Assembly: GCA_026025075.1 (NCBI GenBank)
Contig: JAPEUI010000011.1
Span: 124,001-188,000, forward strand
DNA from: Vezdaea acicularis
Taxonomy: Eukaryota
Direction of reading: 5' to 3'
DNA length: 64,000 bases
Within the stretch, counting starts at the first letter, position 1, and each line of letters opens with the position of its first letter. Below, in pieces: positions 62,927 through 64,000 of this stretch. The notes under the pieces were generated by a model. That model made no database searches. It saw nothing but the letters and a program-made list of their open reading frames with translations, and was not told where the DNA came from. Made by a program: the position numbers and the translations under genes.

Positions 62927-64000
62927 ATGCGACCAACTTTCGTGGCTGCAGCAGCCCTTTTTGCCGCAGTGCCGGGCTGGGCTAGCCCTACAGATCCGGC
63001 GGAGGCGTCGAGACTATGGGCGCGAGCCGATGCCAGCAGTAGCGCAACCGTATACTGTGTACGTTCTCCATGTTTGAAGAATATTCGAGATCCGAAGCTA
63101 GCATCCGGCTGCATCAAGTGCATCATGGCTGATACATCTGTGAAACTTAGTGTAACGCGCTTAAGGCCGCACTGGGAGATTTCAAGGTCTCGTATGAAGG
63201 GGCCAACAGCTACAATTCCTCTCTTCAGACGTATTGGGCCTTACAGCAAGTGGAGCTTAACCCGTACTGCATCGTCTCGCCAGAAACGCCGCAGGATGTC
63301 TCCAAGGCAATCGCAACGTTAACACAGGCGACATGGTACTCGGAGAAATTTGGCGAGTGTCAGTTTGCGGTTCGTGGAGCTGGCCATACACCATGGGCTG
63401 GAAGCTCAAATGTTCAAGATGGAATCACTATTGACCTTGGGGCTATGAAGAACGTAACGGTCAGCCCTGACCGCTCAATGGTCTCCATTGGGGGCGGAGC
63501 TCGCTGGATGGATGTGTATATGACGCTGGATGCTCAGAACTTGTCAACCTCGGGTGGTCGCGTTGCCGATGTAGGGGTTGGTGGTCTCACTCTTGGAGGT
63601 AGCTTATATCCCTTATTGCAGTATTGATACAATGAGGCTAATATTTGTTTCTGCAGGTGGAATGTCTTTCTTTGCTCCACGCTACGGATTTGTCTGTGAC
63701 AATGTCCTCAATTACGAGGTTAGTAGAGCTCATGGAGACTCAGTTTGACTGCTTCTTCTACTACAATGAGCATTGCTGACTTTAGTGAAGATTGTAACGT
63801 CAAACGGTACTCTGATTAACGCCAATGCTACCTCTTATCCAGATCTCTTTTGGGCGCTTAAAGGCGGATCAAATAACTTCGGCGTAGTCACTCGCTTTGA
63901 CATGAAAGCATTTGAACAGGGCAAGTTCTGGGGCGGTTTCATTGTTTATCCTGGCCAGTTGGCGCCGCAGTTGATCGAGGCATTTGTTGCATTCAATAAT
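62927..64000 (+). CDS. Secreted FAD-linked oxidase (VAO/BBE-like FAD-binding domain), 3' truncated by the window
   Basis: Signal peptide MRPTFVAAAALFAAVPGWA, P.CIVSP, FAVRGAGHT (covalent-FAD His motif), GGRVADVGVGGLTLGGG, YGFVCDNV.NYE and DLFWALKGGSNNFGVVTRF. Confidence 0.92.

Noticed and set aside
1..64000. Transposons, RIP-degraded repeats, rRNA, CRISPR arrays, TPP riboswitch
   Set aside because: No transposase or RT motifs, LTR/TIR pairs with target-site duplications, long AT-rich RIP-like tracts, rRNA-like sequence, repeat-spacer arrays or TPP consensus were recognised by eye.

Overview
Gene-dense, intron-containing nuclear DNA from a filamentous ascomycete (Pezizomycotina-like: short GT-AG introns with CTRAY branch points). 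About 20 protein-coding genes are supported: a Zn2Cys6 transcription factor (partial), ECM29, a UBX protein, an STK24/MST-type Ste20 kinase, velB, a small orphan gene, eIF3b/PRT1, a DEK-C/SWIB protein, HEL2, two PTH11/rhodopsin-like membrane proteins, YTM1, MSM1, RAM2, ERG12, STE24, an RPA14-like protein, mitochondrial L34, a hypothetical protein and a secreted FAD oxidase (partial). No transposon, rRNA, convincing tRNA or CRISPR was seen. The most interesting signals are non-coding. (1) A ~3.1-kb minus-strand, extensively self-pairing RNA lies between ECM29 and the Zn2Cys6 gene; it has a telomere template-like CUAACCCU, an adjacent boundary helix and a non-canonical AUAAGC splice site, making it a candidate unusually long telomerase RNA. 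(2) An 82-bp near-perfect antisense copy of a receptor gene's own start-codon region sits inside its first intron (RNA hairpin or invertible ON/OFF switch). (3) A compact TATA-driven four-hairpin ncRNA candidate lies at ~45.5 kb. (4) RAM2-ERG12-STE24 form an adjacent prenylation/CAAX-processing trio. All structure calls come from manual base-pairing; no folding or homology search was run.
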